Sequence record: PZ386965.1 | From: a phage | Reading direction: 5' to 3' (one strand) | Length of the DNA stretch: 64,000 bases | In this document: positions 1-12,958 of the stretch, piece after piece | How positions within the stretch are numbered: position 1 is the stretch's first letter | How the letters are laid out: each line of letters begins with the position of its first letter | Notes under the pieces: generated by a model | What the model saw: only the letters and a program-made list of their open reading frames with translations | Told to the model about the DNA's origin: nothing | The model's database searches: none | Made by a program: the position numbers and the translations under genes

Positions 1-1839
<1,839 letters not shown>

Positions 1840-1866
1840 AAATAAAGCAAATTAAGAGGAATTAAA

Positions 1867-3849
1867 ATGTCACTTCTCTCTCCGGGCGTTGAGCTCAAAG
1901 AAACTACCGTACAGAGTACTGTAGTTAATAACTCCACTGGTACTGCTGCCCTGGCTGGAAAATTCCAATGGGGACCTGCATTCCAGATTAAACAAATCAC
2001 TGATGAAGTTGCATTGGTTGATATGTTTGGTACTCCTAATACGGATACAGCAGATTATTTCATGTCTGCTATGAACTTCCTTCAATATGGTAATGACCTT
2101 CGTGTTGTACGCGCAGTTGATCGTGATACTGCTAAGAACTCATCTCCTGTAGCAGGCAATATTGAATTCACAATCTCTGCAGCCGGTAGTAACTATGCGG
2201 TTGGTGATAAAATTATCGTTAAGTATTTGACCGAAACTGTTGAAGCAGATGGTTATGTCACTTCAGTTGATGTCGATGGTAAAATTCTTAACATTTATAT
2301 CCCAACCGGTAAAATTATTGCTCGTGCAAAAGAAATTAATGAATATCCGGCATTGGGTTCTAACTGGACCGCCGAAGTTGCCAGTTCTTCTTCTGGACTC
2401 TCTGGCGTTATTACAATTGGTTCTATCGTAACCGATTCGGGTATTCTGTTGACTGAAGTTGAAACTTCTGAAGAAGCTATTACTTCTCTAACTTTCCAAG
2501 AATCTATTAAAAAATATGGTGTACCAGGCGTAGTTGCTCTTTATCCTGGTGAACTTGGCGACCAGCTCGAAATTGAAATCGTATCTAAAGCAGACTATGA
2601 CAAAGGTGCTTCAGCTCAGTTAAAAATTTATCCTGATGGCGGTACTCGTGCATCTACTGCTAAAGCAATCTTTGGATATGGCCCACAAACTGATGACCAA
2701 TATGCAATTATCGTTCGTCGTAACGATGCTGTAGTCCAGAGCGTAGTTCTTTCTACTAAACGCGGTGAACGAGATATTTATGGTAGCAATATCTTCATTG
2801 ATGATTTCTTTGCTAAAGGCGCAAGCAATTATATTTTCGCTACGGCACAAGGTTGGCCAAAAGGTTTCTCTGGCGTAATCAAACTGAGTGGTGGCTTATC
2901 ATCTAATGAAACGGTTGACGCTGGTGATTTAATGGAAGCTTGGGATTTGTTTGCTGACCGCGAATCTGTTAATGCGCAGTTGTTTATTGCCGGTTCTTGT
3001 GCAGGTGAATCTTTAGAAGTTGCTTCTACAGTTCAGAAACATGTTGTAGCAATTGGTGATTCTCGTCAAGATTGCTTGGTTCTTTGCTCACCGCCACGTT
3101 CAACTATAGTCGGTATTCCTGTTAATCGTGCAGTTGATAATCTGGTTGATTGGCGTACTGCGTCAGGAACTTACACCGATAATAACTTTAATGTAAGTTC
3201 TACTTATGCTGCTATTGATGGTAACTATAAATATCAATACGACAAATATAATGACGTGAATCGTTGGGTTCCATTAGCTGCTGATATCGCCGGTCTTTGT
3301 GCTCGCACAGATAATATTTCTCAGCCTTGGATGTCTCCGGCCGGTTATAACCGTGGACAAATTCTTAACGTTATTAAGCTTGCAATTGAAACTCGTCAAC
3401 CACAACGTGATCGTTTGTATCAGGAAGCTATTAACCCTGTTACTGGTACTGGTGGTGATGGATATGTTCTGTATGGTGATAAAACTGCCACTTCCGTTCC
3501 TTCACCATTTGACCGTATTAACGTTCGTCGTTTGTTCAATATGGTTAAAACGAACATTGGTTCAGCATCTAAATATCGCCTGTTTGAATTGAACAACGCA
3601 TTTACCCGTTCTTCTTTCCGTACAGAGACTTCTCAATATCTACAGGGTATTAAAGCTCTCGGTGGTGTATATAACTTTAAAGTTGTTTGTGATACTACCA
3701 ATAACACCCCAGCAGTTATCGACCGTAATGAATTTGTAGCTACTTTCTACTTACAACCTGCCCGCTCGATAAATTATATTACGTTGAACTTTGTAGCAAC
3801 AGCAACTGGTGCCGATTTCGACGAACTGATTGGTGCTGTAGGTGGTTAA
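1867..3849 (+). CDS. 18: tail sheath protein (gp18)
   Basis: 660 aa, T4 gp18-like length and sequence; TATAAATA late promoter upstream. Confidence 0.95.
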   Translation: MSLLSPGVELKETTVQSTVVNNSTGTAALAGKFQWGPAFQIKQITDEVALVDMFGTPNTDTADYFMSAMNFLQYGNDLRVVRAVDRDTAKNSSPVAGNIEFTISAAGSNYAVGDKIIVKYLTETVEADGYVTSVDVDGKILNIYIPTGKIIARAKEINEYPALGSNWTAEVASSSSGLSGVITIGSIVTDSGILLTEVETSEEAITSLTFQESIKKYGVPGVVALYPGELGDQLEIEIVSKADYDKGASAQLKIYPDGGTRASTAKAIFGYGPQTDDQYAIIVRRNDAVVQSVVLSTKRGERDIYGSNIFIDDFFAKGASNYIFATAQGWPKGFSGVIKLSGGLSSNETVDAGDLMEAWDLFADRESVNAQLFIAGSCAGESLEVASTVQKHVVAIGDSRQDCLVLCSPPRSTIVGIPVNRAVDNLVDWRTASGTYTDNNFNVSSTYAAIDGNYKYQYDKYNDVNRWVPLAADIAGLCARTDNISQPWMSPAGYNRGQILNVIKLAIETRQPQRDRLYQEAINPVTGTGGDGYVLYGDKTATSVPSPFDRINVRRLFNMVKTNIGSASKYRLFELNNAFTRSSFRTETSQYLQGIKALGGVYNFKVVCDTTNNTPAVIDRNEFVATFYLQPARSINYITLNFVATATGADFDELIGAVGG

Positions 3850-3881
3850 TAAGACGCCTGATGGGCTATTTCGGTAGCCCA

Positions 3882-3889
3882 TATAAATA
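3882..3889 (+). promoter_or_regulatory. T4 late promoter for gene 19
   Basis: TATAAATA immediately after a GC hairpin. Confidence 0.65.
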
Positions 3890-3961
3890 TACTATATCGT
3901 TTAAAAATTAATTCTATGGGCCTCCGGTTAATCCTAAGCCCATATTACTACAGAGGCTAAT

Positions 3962-4453
3962 ATGTTTGTAGATGACGTAACTCGCGCCTTCGAATCTGGT
4001 GATTTCGCTCGCCCTAACCTGTTCGAAGTAGAAATCTCTTATCTTGGGCAAAACTTTAGCTTCCAGTGTCGTGCTACGGCTCTTCCTGCTGCGATCGTTG
4101 AAAAGGTTCCTGTTTCTTATATGAACCGTAAAATTAACGTGGCCGGTGATCGTACATTCGATGATTGGACTATTACAGTAATGAACGATGATGCTCATAG
4201 CATTCGTCAGAAATTTGTTGATTGGCAAGGTATTGCAGCAGGACAAGGTAATGAAATTACCGGTGGTAAACCTGCTGAATATAAAAAGACTGCTATCGTT
4301 CGTCAATTTGCTCGTGATGCTAAAACGGTCACTAAAGAAGTTGAAATTGTTGGCTTGTGGCCTACTAACGTCGGTGAAGTATCTCTTGATTGGGATTCGA
4401 ATAACGAGATTGAAACGTTCGAAGTAACTCTTGCTCTTGATTGGTGGGAATAA
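3962..4453 (+). CDS. 19: tail tube protein (gp19)
   Basis: 163 aa, matches T4 gp19 length; late promoter upstream. Confidence 0.93.
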   Translation: MFVDDVTRAFESGDFARPNLFEVEISYLGQNFSFQCRATALPAAIVEKVPVSYMNRKINVAGDRTFDDWTITVMNDDAHSIRQKFVDWQGIAAGQGNEITGGKPAEYKKTAIVRQFARDAKTVTKEVEIVGLWPTNVGEVSLDWDSNNEIETFEVTLALDWWE

Positions 4454-4501
4454 TTTGGTTGGGGAGAAATCCCCAGCTTCCCGTGATGACGGAGAAGTCC
4501 A

Positions 4502-4509
4502 TATAAATA
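4502..4509 (+). promoter_or_regulatory. T4 late promoter for gene 20
   Basis: TATAAATA about 30 nt upstream of the ATG. Confidence 0.7.
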
Positions 4510-4537
4510 TAACTATAATTCCCATTCGGAGAATACA

Positions 4538-6109
4538 ATGAAATTTAATATCTTAAGTTTGTTTGCTCCATGGGCAAAAATGGACGAACGTGATTACAAA
4601 GACCAAGAAAAAGAAAATTTAGAATCTATCACCACACCAAAATTAGACGACGGCGCTAAAGAATACGAAGTATCTGAAAATGAAGCACAGCAAACATATA
4701 ATGCTATGTTTCAGAGAATGTTCGGTAGTCAAGAACCAGGGCTCAAATCAACCCGTGAATTAATCGATACGTATCGAAATTTGATGACGAACTATGAAGT
4801 GGATAATGCAGTCTCTGAAATAGTTTCTGATGCTATCGTATATGAAGATGACACAGAAGTCGTTTCTATAAATTTAGACAACACAAAATTTAGTCCAAAT
4901 ATAAAATCAATGATGTTGGATGAATTTAACGAAGTGTTGAATCATTTATCTTTCCAACGTAAAGGTTCAGACCATTTTAGGCGTTGGTATGTAGATTCTC
5001 GAATTTTCTTCCATAAAATTATTGACCCTAAACGCCCTAAAGAAGGTATTAAAGAGCTTCGTCGTTTAGACCCACGTCAAGTTCAATATGTCCGTGAAGT
5101 TATTACAACCACTGAAGCCGGTGTTAAAATAGTCAAGGGTTATAAAGAATATTTCATTTATGACACATCACACGAATCTTATGCTTGTGATGGCCGCATA
5201 TATGAAGCTGGCACAAAAATAAAAATCCCTAAAGCCGCGATTGTTTATGCCCATTCTGGTTTAGTTGATTGTTGTGGTAAAAATATCATCGGTTATTTGC
5301 ATCGGGCTATTAAGCCGGCGAACCAATTAAAACTTCTTGAAGATGCCGTCGTAATTTATCGTATTACTCGTGCTCCTGATCGTCGTGTATGGTACGTTGA
5401 TACAGGTAATATGCCTTCAAGAAAAGCAGCAGAACATATGCAGCATGTTATGAATACGATGAAAAACCGTATTGCATATGATGCTACTACAGGCAAGATT
5501 AAAAACCAGCAGCATATTATGTCGATGACCGAAGATTATTGGTTACAACGACGTGATGGTAAAGCAGTAACAGAAGTTGACACATTACCAGGTGCAGATA
5601 ATACTGGAAATATGGAAGATGTACGTTGGTTCCGTAATGCGCTTTATATGGCTTTACGTATTCCTATTACCCGTATTCCAAGTGACCAAGGTGGTATACA
5701 GTTTGATGCTGGTACTTCTATTACACGAGATGAATTGTCATTTGGTAAATTTATTCGTGAGCTGCAACATAAATTTGAAGAGATATTCCTAGACCCGCTT
5801 AAAACTAATTTAATTCTTAAAGGAATTATTACAGAAGATGAGTGGAATGATGAAATAAATAATATTAAGATAAAATTTCATCGGGATAGTTATTTCTCGG
5901 AATTAAAGGATGCTGAGATTCTGGAGCGTCGCATTAATATGCTTCAGATGGCCGAACCATTTATTGGTAAATATATTTCTCACAGAACAGCTATGAAAGA
6001 TATTCTTCAGATGTCTGACGAGGAAATTGAACAAGAGGCTAAGCAAATTGAAGAAGAGTCGAAAGAGGCTCGTTTCCAAGACCCCGACCAAGAACAAGAG
6101 GATTTTTAA
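4538..6109 (+). CDS. 20: portal vertex protein (gp20)
   Basis: 523 aa, T4 gp20-like; position between gp19 and prohead core genes. Confidence 0.93.
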   Translation: MKFNILSLFAPWAKMDERDYKDQEKENLESITTPKLDDGAKEYEVSENEAQQTYNAMFQRMFGSQEPGLKSTRELIDTYRNLMTNYEVDNAVSEIVSDAIVYEDDTEVVSINLDNTKFSPNIKSMMLDEFNEVLNHLSFQRKGSDHFRRWYVDSRIFFHKIIDPKRPKEGIKELRRLDPRQVQYVREVITTTEAGVKIVKGYKEYFIYDTSHESYACDGRIYEAGTKIKIPKAAIVYAHSGLVDCCGKNIIGYLHRAIKPANQLKLLEDAVVIYRITRAPDRRVWYVDTGNMPSRKAAEHMQHVMNTMKNRIAYDATTGKIKNQQHIMSMTEDYWLQRRDGKAVTEVDTLPGADNTGNMEDVRWFRNALYMALRIPITRIPSDQGGIQFDAGTSITRDELSFGKFIRELQHKFEEIFLDPLKTNLILKGIITEDEWNDEINNIKIKFHRDSYFSELKDAEILERRINMLQMAEPFIGKYISHRTAMKDILQMSDEEIEQEAKQIEEESKEARFQDPDQEQEDF

Positions 6110-6348
6110 TGGACGATTTAATTCAAGCTATTAAATCAAACGACCTCGTTGCTACTCGAAAGTTTTTTGAAAGTGCAATGGCAGAAAAAGCGGTTCGTTT
6201 GATTGAAGCACGCAAAGCAGAAATCGCTTCTCAATTTTTGATTGAAGGCGAAGAACCTGAAGAAGAAGAAAAGAAAGCTAAAGCTTCGGAAGACGACGCT
6301 GATGAAGGCGATGACGACGAAGACGAAGATGATGAGGACGATGAATAA
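6109..6348 (+). CDS. 67: prohead core protein (gp67)
   Basis: 79 aa with highly acidic C-terminal tail, T4 gp67-like; start overlaps gp20 stop. Confidence 0.85.
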   Translation: MDDLIQAIKSNDLVATRKFFESAMAEKAVRLIEARKAEIASQFLIEGEEPEEEEKKAKASEDDADEGDDDEDEDDEDDE

Positions 6349-6773
6349 TGTATCTTATCCCTGAATCTTATGAATTGGTACTCGAAAATGTCGAAGCACT
6401 TATTCCTGAAGCACAGGGCCGAATCGATGCATTGTCTTCTGCTCTCGATATTGACGATATAAATACTATTATCGAGAACATGCTTGAAACTGAAACGGAT
6501 TTAGCTGTTGCAATGGCTTCCATTATTAATGAAGAACAGTTAAATGAGTTTATCGTTAAACATGTTTCTTCTCGTGGTGAAGTCACCCGCACTAAAGACC
6601 GTAAAACTCGTGAACGTAACGCGTTCCAAACCACTGGTCTTTCTAAAGCAAAACGTAGACAAATCGCTCGTAAGGTCGTTAAAGCTAAAAAAGCTAACCC
6701 TTCAGGCCAAGTTAAAGGCTTGCGTAAGCGTAAAAAGGCTCTTAAACGTCGTAAAGCATTAGGATTAAGCTAA
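6348..6773 (+). CDS. 68: prohead core protein (gp68)
   Basis: 141 aa with basic C-terminus, same size and position as T4 gp68. Confidence 0.85.
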   Translation: MYLIPESYELVLENVEALIPEAQGRIDALSSALDIDDINTIIENMLETETDLAVAMASIINEEQLNEFIVKHVSSRGEVTRTKDRKTRERNAFQTTGLSKAKRRQIARKVVKAKKANPSGQVKGLRKRKKALKRRKALGLS

Positions 6774-7414
6774 TGAATAAACCCGAGTTACTTATTGAAA
6801 CTTGGGGTCAACCCGGTGAGATTATTGATGGCGTTCCAATGTTGGAATCTCATGATGGAAAAGATTCTGGCTTAAAACCAGGGCTTTATATAGAAGGTAT
6901 TTTTCTTCAGGCAGAGGTTGTTAACCGAAATAAACGTTTATATCCTAAACGCGTTTTGGAAAAAGCAGTAAGTGACTATATTAAAGAACAAGTCGCAACC
7001 AAACAAGCCCTTGGAGAATTAAACCATCCACCTCGTGCAAATGTTGACCCTATGCAAGCCGCTATCATTATTGAAGATATGTGGTGGAAAGGAAACGATG
7101 TATATGGACGTGCTAGAATTATTGAAGGCGACCATGGTCCCGGTGATAAATTAGCTGCTAATATACGAGCTGGTTGGATTCCAGGTGTTTCCTCTCGTGG
7201 TCTTGGTTCTTTAACCGACACCAATAAAGGGTACCGTATCGTGAACGAAGGATTTAAATTAACCGTCGGCGTAGATGCCGTATGGGGACCTTCTGCTCCA
7301 GATGCTTGGGTTACTCCTAAACAAATATCAGAATCAGAAAATTCGGTGGAAACCACCAAAAACAGTGCTGATGAAGCATTTAAAGCTCTCGCAGAGAGTT
7401 TAAAAGCATTATAA
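6773..7414 (+). CDS. 21: prohead core protease (gp21)
   Basis: 213 aa, T4 gp21 size and position. Confidence 0.92.
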   Translation: MNKPELLIETWGQPGEIIDGVPMLESHDGKDSGLKPGLYIEGIFLQAEVVNRNKRLYPKRVLEKAVSDYIKEQVATKQALGELNHPPRANVDPMQAAIIIEDMWWKGNDVYGRARIIEGDHGPGDKLAANIRAGWIPGVSSRGLGSLTDTNKGYRIVNEGFKLTVGVDAVWGPSAPDAWVTPKQISESENSVETTKNSADEAFKALAESLKAL

Positions 7415-7417
7415 ATA
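7410..7417 (+). promoter_or_regulatory. T4 late promoter for gene 22
   Basis: TATAAATA upstream of the ATG. Confidence 0.65.
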
Positions 7418-7447
7418 ATAATGTAATCTAAACCACAGGACACTAAA

Positions 7448-8260
7448 ATGATCAAAGAACAACTTTTGAAAGAAGCTCAGAACATCGAGACTTCAGTTGC
7501 TCTTAATAGTGTTTTCGAATCAGTAGAACTGTCTCCGGACGTTAAAGCTAATTTCAGCACTGTATTCGAAGCCACCGTTAAGCAGGAAGCAGTCAAACTG
7601 GCTGAATCTCATATCAAAGCCATCGCCGAAAAGGCTGAAGAAGAAGTTGAAAAGGCCAAAGAAGATGCTGAAGAGAAAGCTGATAAAAAATTGGCTGAAC
7701 AAGCTTCTAAATTCCTAGACCATCTTGCAAAAGAATGGCTCGCAGAAAACCAAATCGCAGTTGATAAAGGCATTAAAGCTGATTTGTTCGAATCCATGCT
7801 TGGTGGTCTGAAAGAACTGTTTGTTGAACATAACGTTGTTGTTCCAGAAGAATCTGTAGATGTTGTAGCAGAAATGGAAGAAGAGCTGGCCGAACATAAA
7901 GAAGAAACCGCTCGTTTGTTCGAAGAAGTTACCAAACGTGATGCATATATCAATTACGTTCAGCGTGAAACCGCTATTAATGAAAGCGTAAAAGACCTGA
8001 CTGAATCTCAGAAAGAAAAAGTTATTGGCCTGGTTGAAGGTATGGATTATTCTGACGCATTTGGTACTAAGTTAACTGCTATTGTAGAAATGGTTAAAGG
8101 TTCTACTAAAGAAGAAGCCGCTATTACCGAAAGTATAAATACAGTTGACAATGACGCTGCCGGTCTTAATTTTGTTGCCGAAGCAGTTGACACTACCACA
8201 ACTCAGGTAGAACAGAATTCTAATGTAAGTTTATATGCGAAAGTCGCATCTCGTTTCTAA
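7448..8260 (+). CDS. 22: prohead core scaffold protein (gp22)
   Basis: 270 aa, Glu/Ala/Lys-rich coiled-coil scaffold, T4 gp22 size. Confidence 0.92.
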   Translation: MIKEQLLKEAQNIETSVALNSVFESVELSPDVKANFSTVFEATVKQEAVKLAESHIKAIAEKAEEEVEKAKEDAEEKADKKLAEQASKFLDHLAKEWLAENQIAVDKGIKADLFESMLGGLKELFVEHNVVVPEESVDVVAEMEEELAEHKEETARLFEEVTKRDAYINYVQRETAINESVKDLTESQKEKVIGLVEGMDYSDAFGTKLTAIVEMVKGSTKEEAAITESINTVDNDAAGLNFVAEAVDTTTTQVEQNSNVSLYAKVASRF

Positions 8261-8277
8261 TTTAAAGGTTAACACAA

Positions 8278-9846
8278 ATGACTACTATCAAAACTAAAGC
8301 TCAGCTCGTAGACAAATGGAAAGAACTGCTGGAAGGTGAAGGCCTGCCGGAAATCGCTAATAGCAAGCAGGCTATTATCGCTAAAATCTTCGAAAACCAG
8401 GAAAAAGATTTCGAAGTATCCCCTGAATATAAAGACGAGAAAATCGCTCAGGCATTTGGTTCTTTCTTGACCGAAGCTGAAATTGGTGGTGACCACGGTT
8501 ATAATGCTCAGAACATCGCAGCAGGTCAAACCTCTGGTGCAGTAACCCAAATTGGGCCGGCAGTTATGGGTATGGTTCGTCGTGCTATTCCTAATCTGAT
8601 CGCTTTTGATATTTGTGGTGTTCAGCCTATGAACAGCCCGACCGGTCAGGTATTTGCTCTCCGTGCAGTATATGGTAAAGACCCTATCGCTGCTGGCGCT
8701 AAAGAAGCTTTCCATCCGATGTATGCCCCAGACGCGATGTTCTCTGGTCAGGGTGCTGCTAAGAAATTCCCAGCTCTGGCTGCTGACACTACTACTGTTG
8801 TAGGTGATATCTATACTCACTTCTTCCAAGAAACTGGTACTGTATATCTGCAAGCTTCTGCTGTCGTAACACTTGATTCTAGTGCAACTGATGCAGCTAA
8901 ATTAGATGCAGAAGTTAAGAAACAAATGGAAGCTGGTGCACTGGTAGAAATCGCTGAAGGTATGGCTACTTCTATCGCTGAACTCCAGGAAGGTTTCAAC
9001 GGTTCTACCGATAACCCATGGAATGAAATGGGCTTCCGTATCGATAAACAAGTTATCGAAGCTAAATCTCGCCAGCTGAAAGCTGCTTACTCTATCGAAT
9101 TAGCACAAGACCTCCGTGCAGTACACGGTATGGATGCTGATGCTGAACTGAGCGGTATTCTGGCTACAGAAATTATGCTAGAAATCAACCGTGAAGTTGT
9201 TGATTGGATTAACTACTCAGCACAGGTTGGTAAATCCGGTATGACCCTGACTCCGGGTTCTAAAGCTGGTGTATTTGACTTCCAGGACCCGATTGATATC
9301 CGTGGTGCTCGTTGGGCCGGTGAAAGCTTTAAATCTCTGTTGTTCCAGATTGATAAAGAAGCAGTTGAAATTGCTCGTCAAACCGGTCGTGGTGAAGGTA
9401 ACTTCATTATCGCTTCCCGTAACGTAGTTAACGTACTGGCATCAGTTGATACTGGTATTTCTTACGCTGCACAGGGTCTGGCTTCTGGTTTTAATACCGA
9501 CACTACTAAGTCTGTATTCGCCGGTGTACTTGGTGGTAAATACCGCGTATACATCGACCAGTATGCTAAACAGGATTACTTCACCGTTGGTTACAAAGGC
9601 GCTAACGAAATGGATGCAGGTATCTACTATGCTCCTTACGTTGCACTTACCCCACTGCGTGGTTCCGATCCTAAGAACTTCCAGCCGGTAATGGGCTTTA
9701 AAACTCGTTACGGTATCGGTGTTAACCCGTTTGCTGAAAGTTCCCTGCAGGCTCCAGGTGCTCGCATCCAGTCCGGTATGCCGTCTATCCTGAACAGCCT
9801 TGGTAAGAACGCTTACTTTAGACGCGTCTACGTTAAAGGAATTTAA
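8278..9846 (+). CDS. 23: major capsid protein (gp23)
   Basis: 522 aa, T4 gp23-like length and sequence; followed by intrinsic terminator. Confidence 0.96.
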   Translation: MTTIKTKAQLVDKWKELLEGEGLPEIANSKQAIIAKIFENQEKDFEVSPEYKDEKIAQAFGSFLTEAEIGGDHGYNAQNIAAGQTSGAVTQIGPAVMGMVRRAIPNLIAFDICGVQPMNSPTGQVFALRAVYGKDPIAAGAKEAFHPMYAPDAMFSGQGAAKKFPALAADTTTVVGDIYTHFFQETGTVYLQASAVVTLDSSATDAAKLDAEVKKQMEAGALVEIAEGMATSIAELQEGFNGSTDNPWNEMGFRIDKQVIEAKSRQLKAAYSIELAQDLRAVHGMDADAELSGILATEIMLEINREVVDWINYSAQVGKSGMTLTPGSKAGVFDFQDPIDIRGARWAGESFKSLLFQIDKEAVEIARQTGRGEGNFIIASRNVVNVLASVDTGISYAAQGLASGFNTDTTKSVFAGVLGGKYRVYIDQYAKQDYFTVGYKGANEMDAGIYYAPYVALTPLRGSDPKNFQPVMGFKTRYGIGVNPFAESSLQAPGARIQSGMPSILNSLGKNAYFRRVYVKGI

Positions 9847-9875
9847 TGCTTTAACGTTAAAATACATAACCTTAT

Positions 9876-9900
9876 GGGAGACTCCGGTCTCCCATTCTTG
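9876..9900 (+). terminator. intrinsic terminator after gene 23
   Basis: GGGAGAC-tccg-GTCTCCC hairpin followed by a T-rich run. Confidence 0.75.
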
Positions 9901-9903
9901 TTT

Positions 9904-10435
9904 CTATAGCTTAAAACAATCATCGCGTTCATTAATCCAATTTCTTATAGTTTTTGCGGATACGTTAAAGAATTCGGCAGCGTAATCGTAGTGGTTAAAT
10001 TCATGACCTTTAATAGAAATATCCACAAATACAAATTTCTTACCTTTATTAGAATTCTTTCTAATTTTTGCTTTATGCTCTTCTGATAGTTTTCTACCTT
10101 TAAGATGAGAATCTCTATTTTTATAAAACTTTTTATTTGCTATAGATTTGTTTTCTCGATGTTCTTTAGATTCTTTAGAACCTAATTTCTTTTTAGATAT
10201 TTTGGCCCGAACTTCTTCAGTCATACCAGCTTTTGTCTTTGGTATGGGTAGAATATTCACCGTTCCACCAGAAGTCAGTTTCATAAGCCAGGGCTTCGTA
10301 TTTCTTAACCAATGCATTAACTGCATTACCGTTAGGATTGGTACCAAATTTTTCTACCAGAGCTTTGATGTCTTTGTCAAGGTTAGAAAGTGTGGTACGG
10401 ATAAAGTTTAATTTGTTCATTTTTAATCTCCTCAT
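9904..10435 (-). pseudogene. degenerate GIY-YIG homing endonuclease (seg-like) remnant, split over two frames
   Basis: Two overlapping minus-strand ORFs in different frames; the downstream one carries NUMOD3-like repeats (TEEVRAKISKK, SEEHKAKIRK) and a C-terminal HTH resembling the I-TevI/Seg DNA-binding domain; no GIY or YIG catalytic motifs found; sits where T4 carries segD. Confidence 0.5.
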
Positions 10436-10449
10436 GTTTTGATAGGTCT

Positions 10450-10479
10450 ATAGTAACACGACGCTTTTTGTGTGTAAAC
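10450..10479 (-). promoter_or_regulatory. T4-type early promoter driving the seg-like remnant
   Basis: Minus strand GTTTAC, 18-nt spacer, TACTAT. Confidence 0.55.
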
Positions 10480-10485
10480 CACTTT

Positions 10486-10493
10486 TATAAATA
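10486..10493 (+). promoter_or_regulatory. T4 late promoter for gene 24
   Basis: TATAAATA about 30 nt upstream of the ATG. Confidence 0.7.
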
Positions 10494-10523
10494 AAATTAT
10501 ATTCTCAATAAGGAAAAAATGCA

Positions 10524-11807
10524 ATGAGTAAAATCCAAAAATTATTGCGCGAATCTACAACGTCTACTAGCAACTCAATTGGTCGCCCAAATCTCGTTGC
10601 TTTGACTCGCGCTACGACTAAATTAATATATTCTGACATTGTGGCAACACAAAGAACTAATCAACCTGTTGCTGCTTTTTATGGTATTAAATATCTTAAC
10701 CCAGACAACGAATTAACATTTAAAACTGGTGCTACTTATGCGGGTGAAGCTGGATATGTAGACCGAGAAAAAATTACTGAGCTCACAGAAGAATCAAAAG
10801 TCACACTAAATAAAGGCGATTTTTTCAAATATAATAATATCGTCTATAAAGTGTTAGAAGATACACCATTTGCAGATATTCAAGAAAGTGATCTAGAATT
10901 AGCTCTTCAGATTGCAGTCGTTCATTTAAAGGTACGGTTATTTTCAGATGCAGCGGTAACAAGCAAATTTGAAAGCTCCGATAGCGAAATTTCTGATGCA
11001 AGATTCCAGATTAATAAATGGCAAACTTCAGTCAAATCTCGTAAACTTAAAACTGGCCTCACGGTTGAATTAGCACAAGATTTGGAAGCGAATGGATTTG
11101 ATGCCCCTAACTTCTTAGAAGATTTGCTTGCTACTGAAATGGCAGATGAAATTAATAAAGATATTCTTCAGTCTTTAATTACTGTATCGAAACGTTATAA
11201 AGTTACTGGAATTACTGACACTGGATTTATTGACTTGAGCTATGCGTCAGCTCCAGAAGCAGGTCGTTCATTATATCGAATGGTGTGTGAAATGGTATCA
11301 CACATTCAAAAAGAGACAACTTATACTGCAACGTTTTGTGTAGCCTCAGCTCGTGCAGCTGCTATTCTTGCTGCTTCTGGTTGGTTAAAACATAAGCCAG
11401 AAGACGACAAGTATCTTTCACAAAATGCTTATGGATTCTTGGCAAATGGATTACCTCTTTACTGCGATACCAACAGCCCGTTAGATTATGTTATTGTGGG
11501 TGTTGTAGAAAATCTCGGCGAAAAAGAAATTGTAGGGTCCATCTTTTATGCTCCATACACTGAAGGAGTAGATTTAGATGACCCAGAACATGTCGGTGCT
11601 TTTAAAGTTGTAGTTGATCCAGAAAGCTTGCAACCGTCTATCGGATTATTGGTTAGATATGCTTTATCAGCAAATCCTTACACAGTAGCAAAAGACGAAA
11701 AAGAAGCGAGAATAATTGATGGTGGGGACATGGATAAAATGGCAGGACGTTCAGACTTGTCTGTTTTACTCGGTGTTAAATTGCCTAAAATTATTATAGA
11801 TGAATAA
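10524..11807 (+). CDS. 24: head vertex protein (gp24)
   Basis: 427 aa, same length as T4 gp24; late promoter upstream. Confidence 0.93.
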   Translation: MSKIQKLLRESTTSTSNSIGRPNLVALTRATTKLIYSDIVATQRTNQPVAAFYGIKYLNPDNELTFKTGATYAGEAGYVDREKITELTEESKVTLNKGDFFKYNNIVYKVLEDTPFADIQESDLELALQIAVVHLKVRLFSDAAVTSKFESSDSEISDARFQINKWQTSVKSRKLKTGLTVELAQDLEANGFDAPNFLEDLLATEMADEINKDILQSLITVSKRYKVTGITDTGFIDLSYASAPEAGRSLYRMVCEMVSHIQKETTYTATFCVASARAAAILAASGWLKHKPEDDKYLSQNAYGFLANGLPLYCDTNSPLDYVIVGVVENLGEKEIVGSIFYAPYTEGVDLDDPEHVGAFKVVVDPESLQPSIGLLVRYALSANPYTVAKDEKEARIIDGGDMDKMAGRSDLSVLLGVKLPKIIIDE

Positions 11808-11808
11808 A

Positions 11809-11838
11809 CAAAAAAAAGGGACCTTACGGTCCCTTTTT
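11809..11838. terminator. bidirectional terminator between gene 24 and rnlB
   Basis: A-tract, GGGACC-ttac-GGTCCC, T-tract. Confidence 0.8.
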
Positions 11839-11840
11839 CG

Positions 11841-12839
11841 TTATGATACTAATTCAATCCATGCAGGACGCAGAACATCTTGCACCATTCGGACTAATTC
11901 TTTCTTAACAAGATTCGGATTATCAGATGATGTTAATACAATACCTTCACGAGAAGTTTCTTCCAGAATATCTTGAACAGTCAATCCCATCACTTTGCCA
12001 AAATCTTTTGGCGTTACAGTCCCAATCTTAGAAATCACATTATTAATACGATTTAATGTAACATAACAAGCTAGAACATCAAGCAAGTTTTTGTCAATTT
12101 CGGTTAATGGAACCTGAGTTTTAATAGGCTTATCAGACTTTTTCTTTTCGCTGAATTTAGAGTTCTTGCACTTAATAGCTACACGAGTACCGTTTGGCAG
12201 CCATTTAGGGAAACAAGGCTTCAGAACATAACCTTCCGCAGTATTATCACCAATAACATTAGCATCAAATACGCAATTATTTGCTTCGACAAGGTCTTCT
12301 GACGCTGTAGCATTATAAGCGGCTAAGACAGAATCAAGGTCGTTTGGAATCATGATAAGAGCATCAAATGTTCCACGACCAAGCATTGGTGCCATTTTAA
12401 AACCGAATTCATTACAGAAATCTTGCATTTCGTAATCGGTCAAATACGTATTATCACCACTTTCTGTATTGATAAGGATATCGAACACATAAAAATCTTT
12501 TTCACCGTAGTCAACACCTTTCTGGATTCCACCACCAGCAAATTCACCGAATACTTGATATGATACGGCTCGAGCTGCGTGCATTAATTCCTGAACGGCT
12601 TTAATAGCTTTATCATACTTCTTGAGTACGATTTCATAACCATAAAAATCTTCTGCTGGAAGAATAGGGCCTGTGCGCTTGGCGCATGTGACGTTGTCAC
12701 GTTCAATTATTAACGAGAAGTTAGTCCCATGGATTTTCTCACGTGCTACCCAAACACCAGTAGTCAAACCATTAGTGTAGAGTTTTTCAATAAACTTAGA
12801 GTTGTAGTGGTTTTCAAGACTGCTGTATTTCTTAAACAT
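11841..12839 (-). CDS. rnlB: RNA ligase 2 (Rnl2)
   Basis: 332 aa, near-identical to T4 Rnl2 over the N-terminus; KIHGTN lysine-adenylate motif. Confidence 0.95.
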   Translation of the reverse strand: MFKKYSSLENHYNSKFIEKLYTNGLTTGVWVAREKIHGTNFSLIIERDNVTCAKRTGPILPAEDFYGYEIVLKKYDKAIKAVQELMHAARAVSYQVFGEFAGGGIQKGVDYGEKDFYVFDILINTESGDNTYLTDYEMQDFCNEFGFKMAPMLGRGTFDALIMIPNDLDSVLAAYNATASEDLVEANNCVFDANVIGDNTAEGYVLKPCFPKWLPNGTRVAIKCKNSKFSEKKKSDKPIKTQVPLTEIDKNLLDVLACYVTLNRINNVISKIGTVTPKDFGKVMGLTVQDILEETSREGIVLTSSDNPNLVKKELVRMVQDVLRPAWIELVS

Positions 12840-12958
12840 AAATCACCATTATAAATAATAATATCAAAATAATTAGCAGAGACTCTATCTCTGGCCCAAT
12901 GTTTAATTTGAATGGATAGAACCTAGATTCATTATACCATCAAAAAATGTAAAGCATA

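Noticed and set aside
6230-6348. Possible tandem repeat in the acidic tail of gp67 (and Glu/Lys-rich stretches of gp22)
   Set aside because: Compositional low complexity (runs of GAA/GAT codons) rather than a true repeat unit.
7520-7953. Antisense ORFs of 60-114 aa inside gene 22 (and similar ones inside genes 17, 18, 34, 37 and alt)
   Set aside because: Fully embedded antisense to conserved structural genes, low-complexity translations, no RBS; typical frame artefacts.
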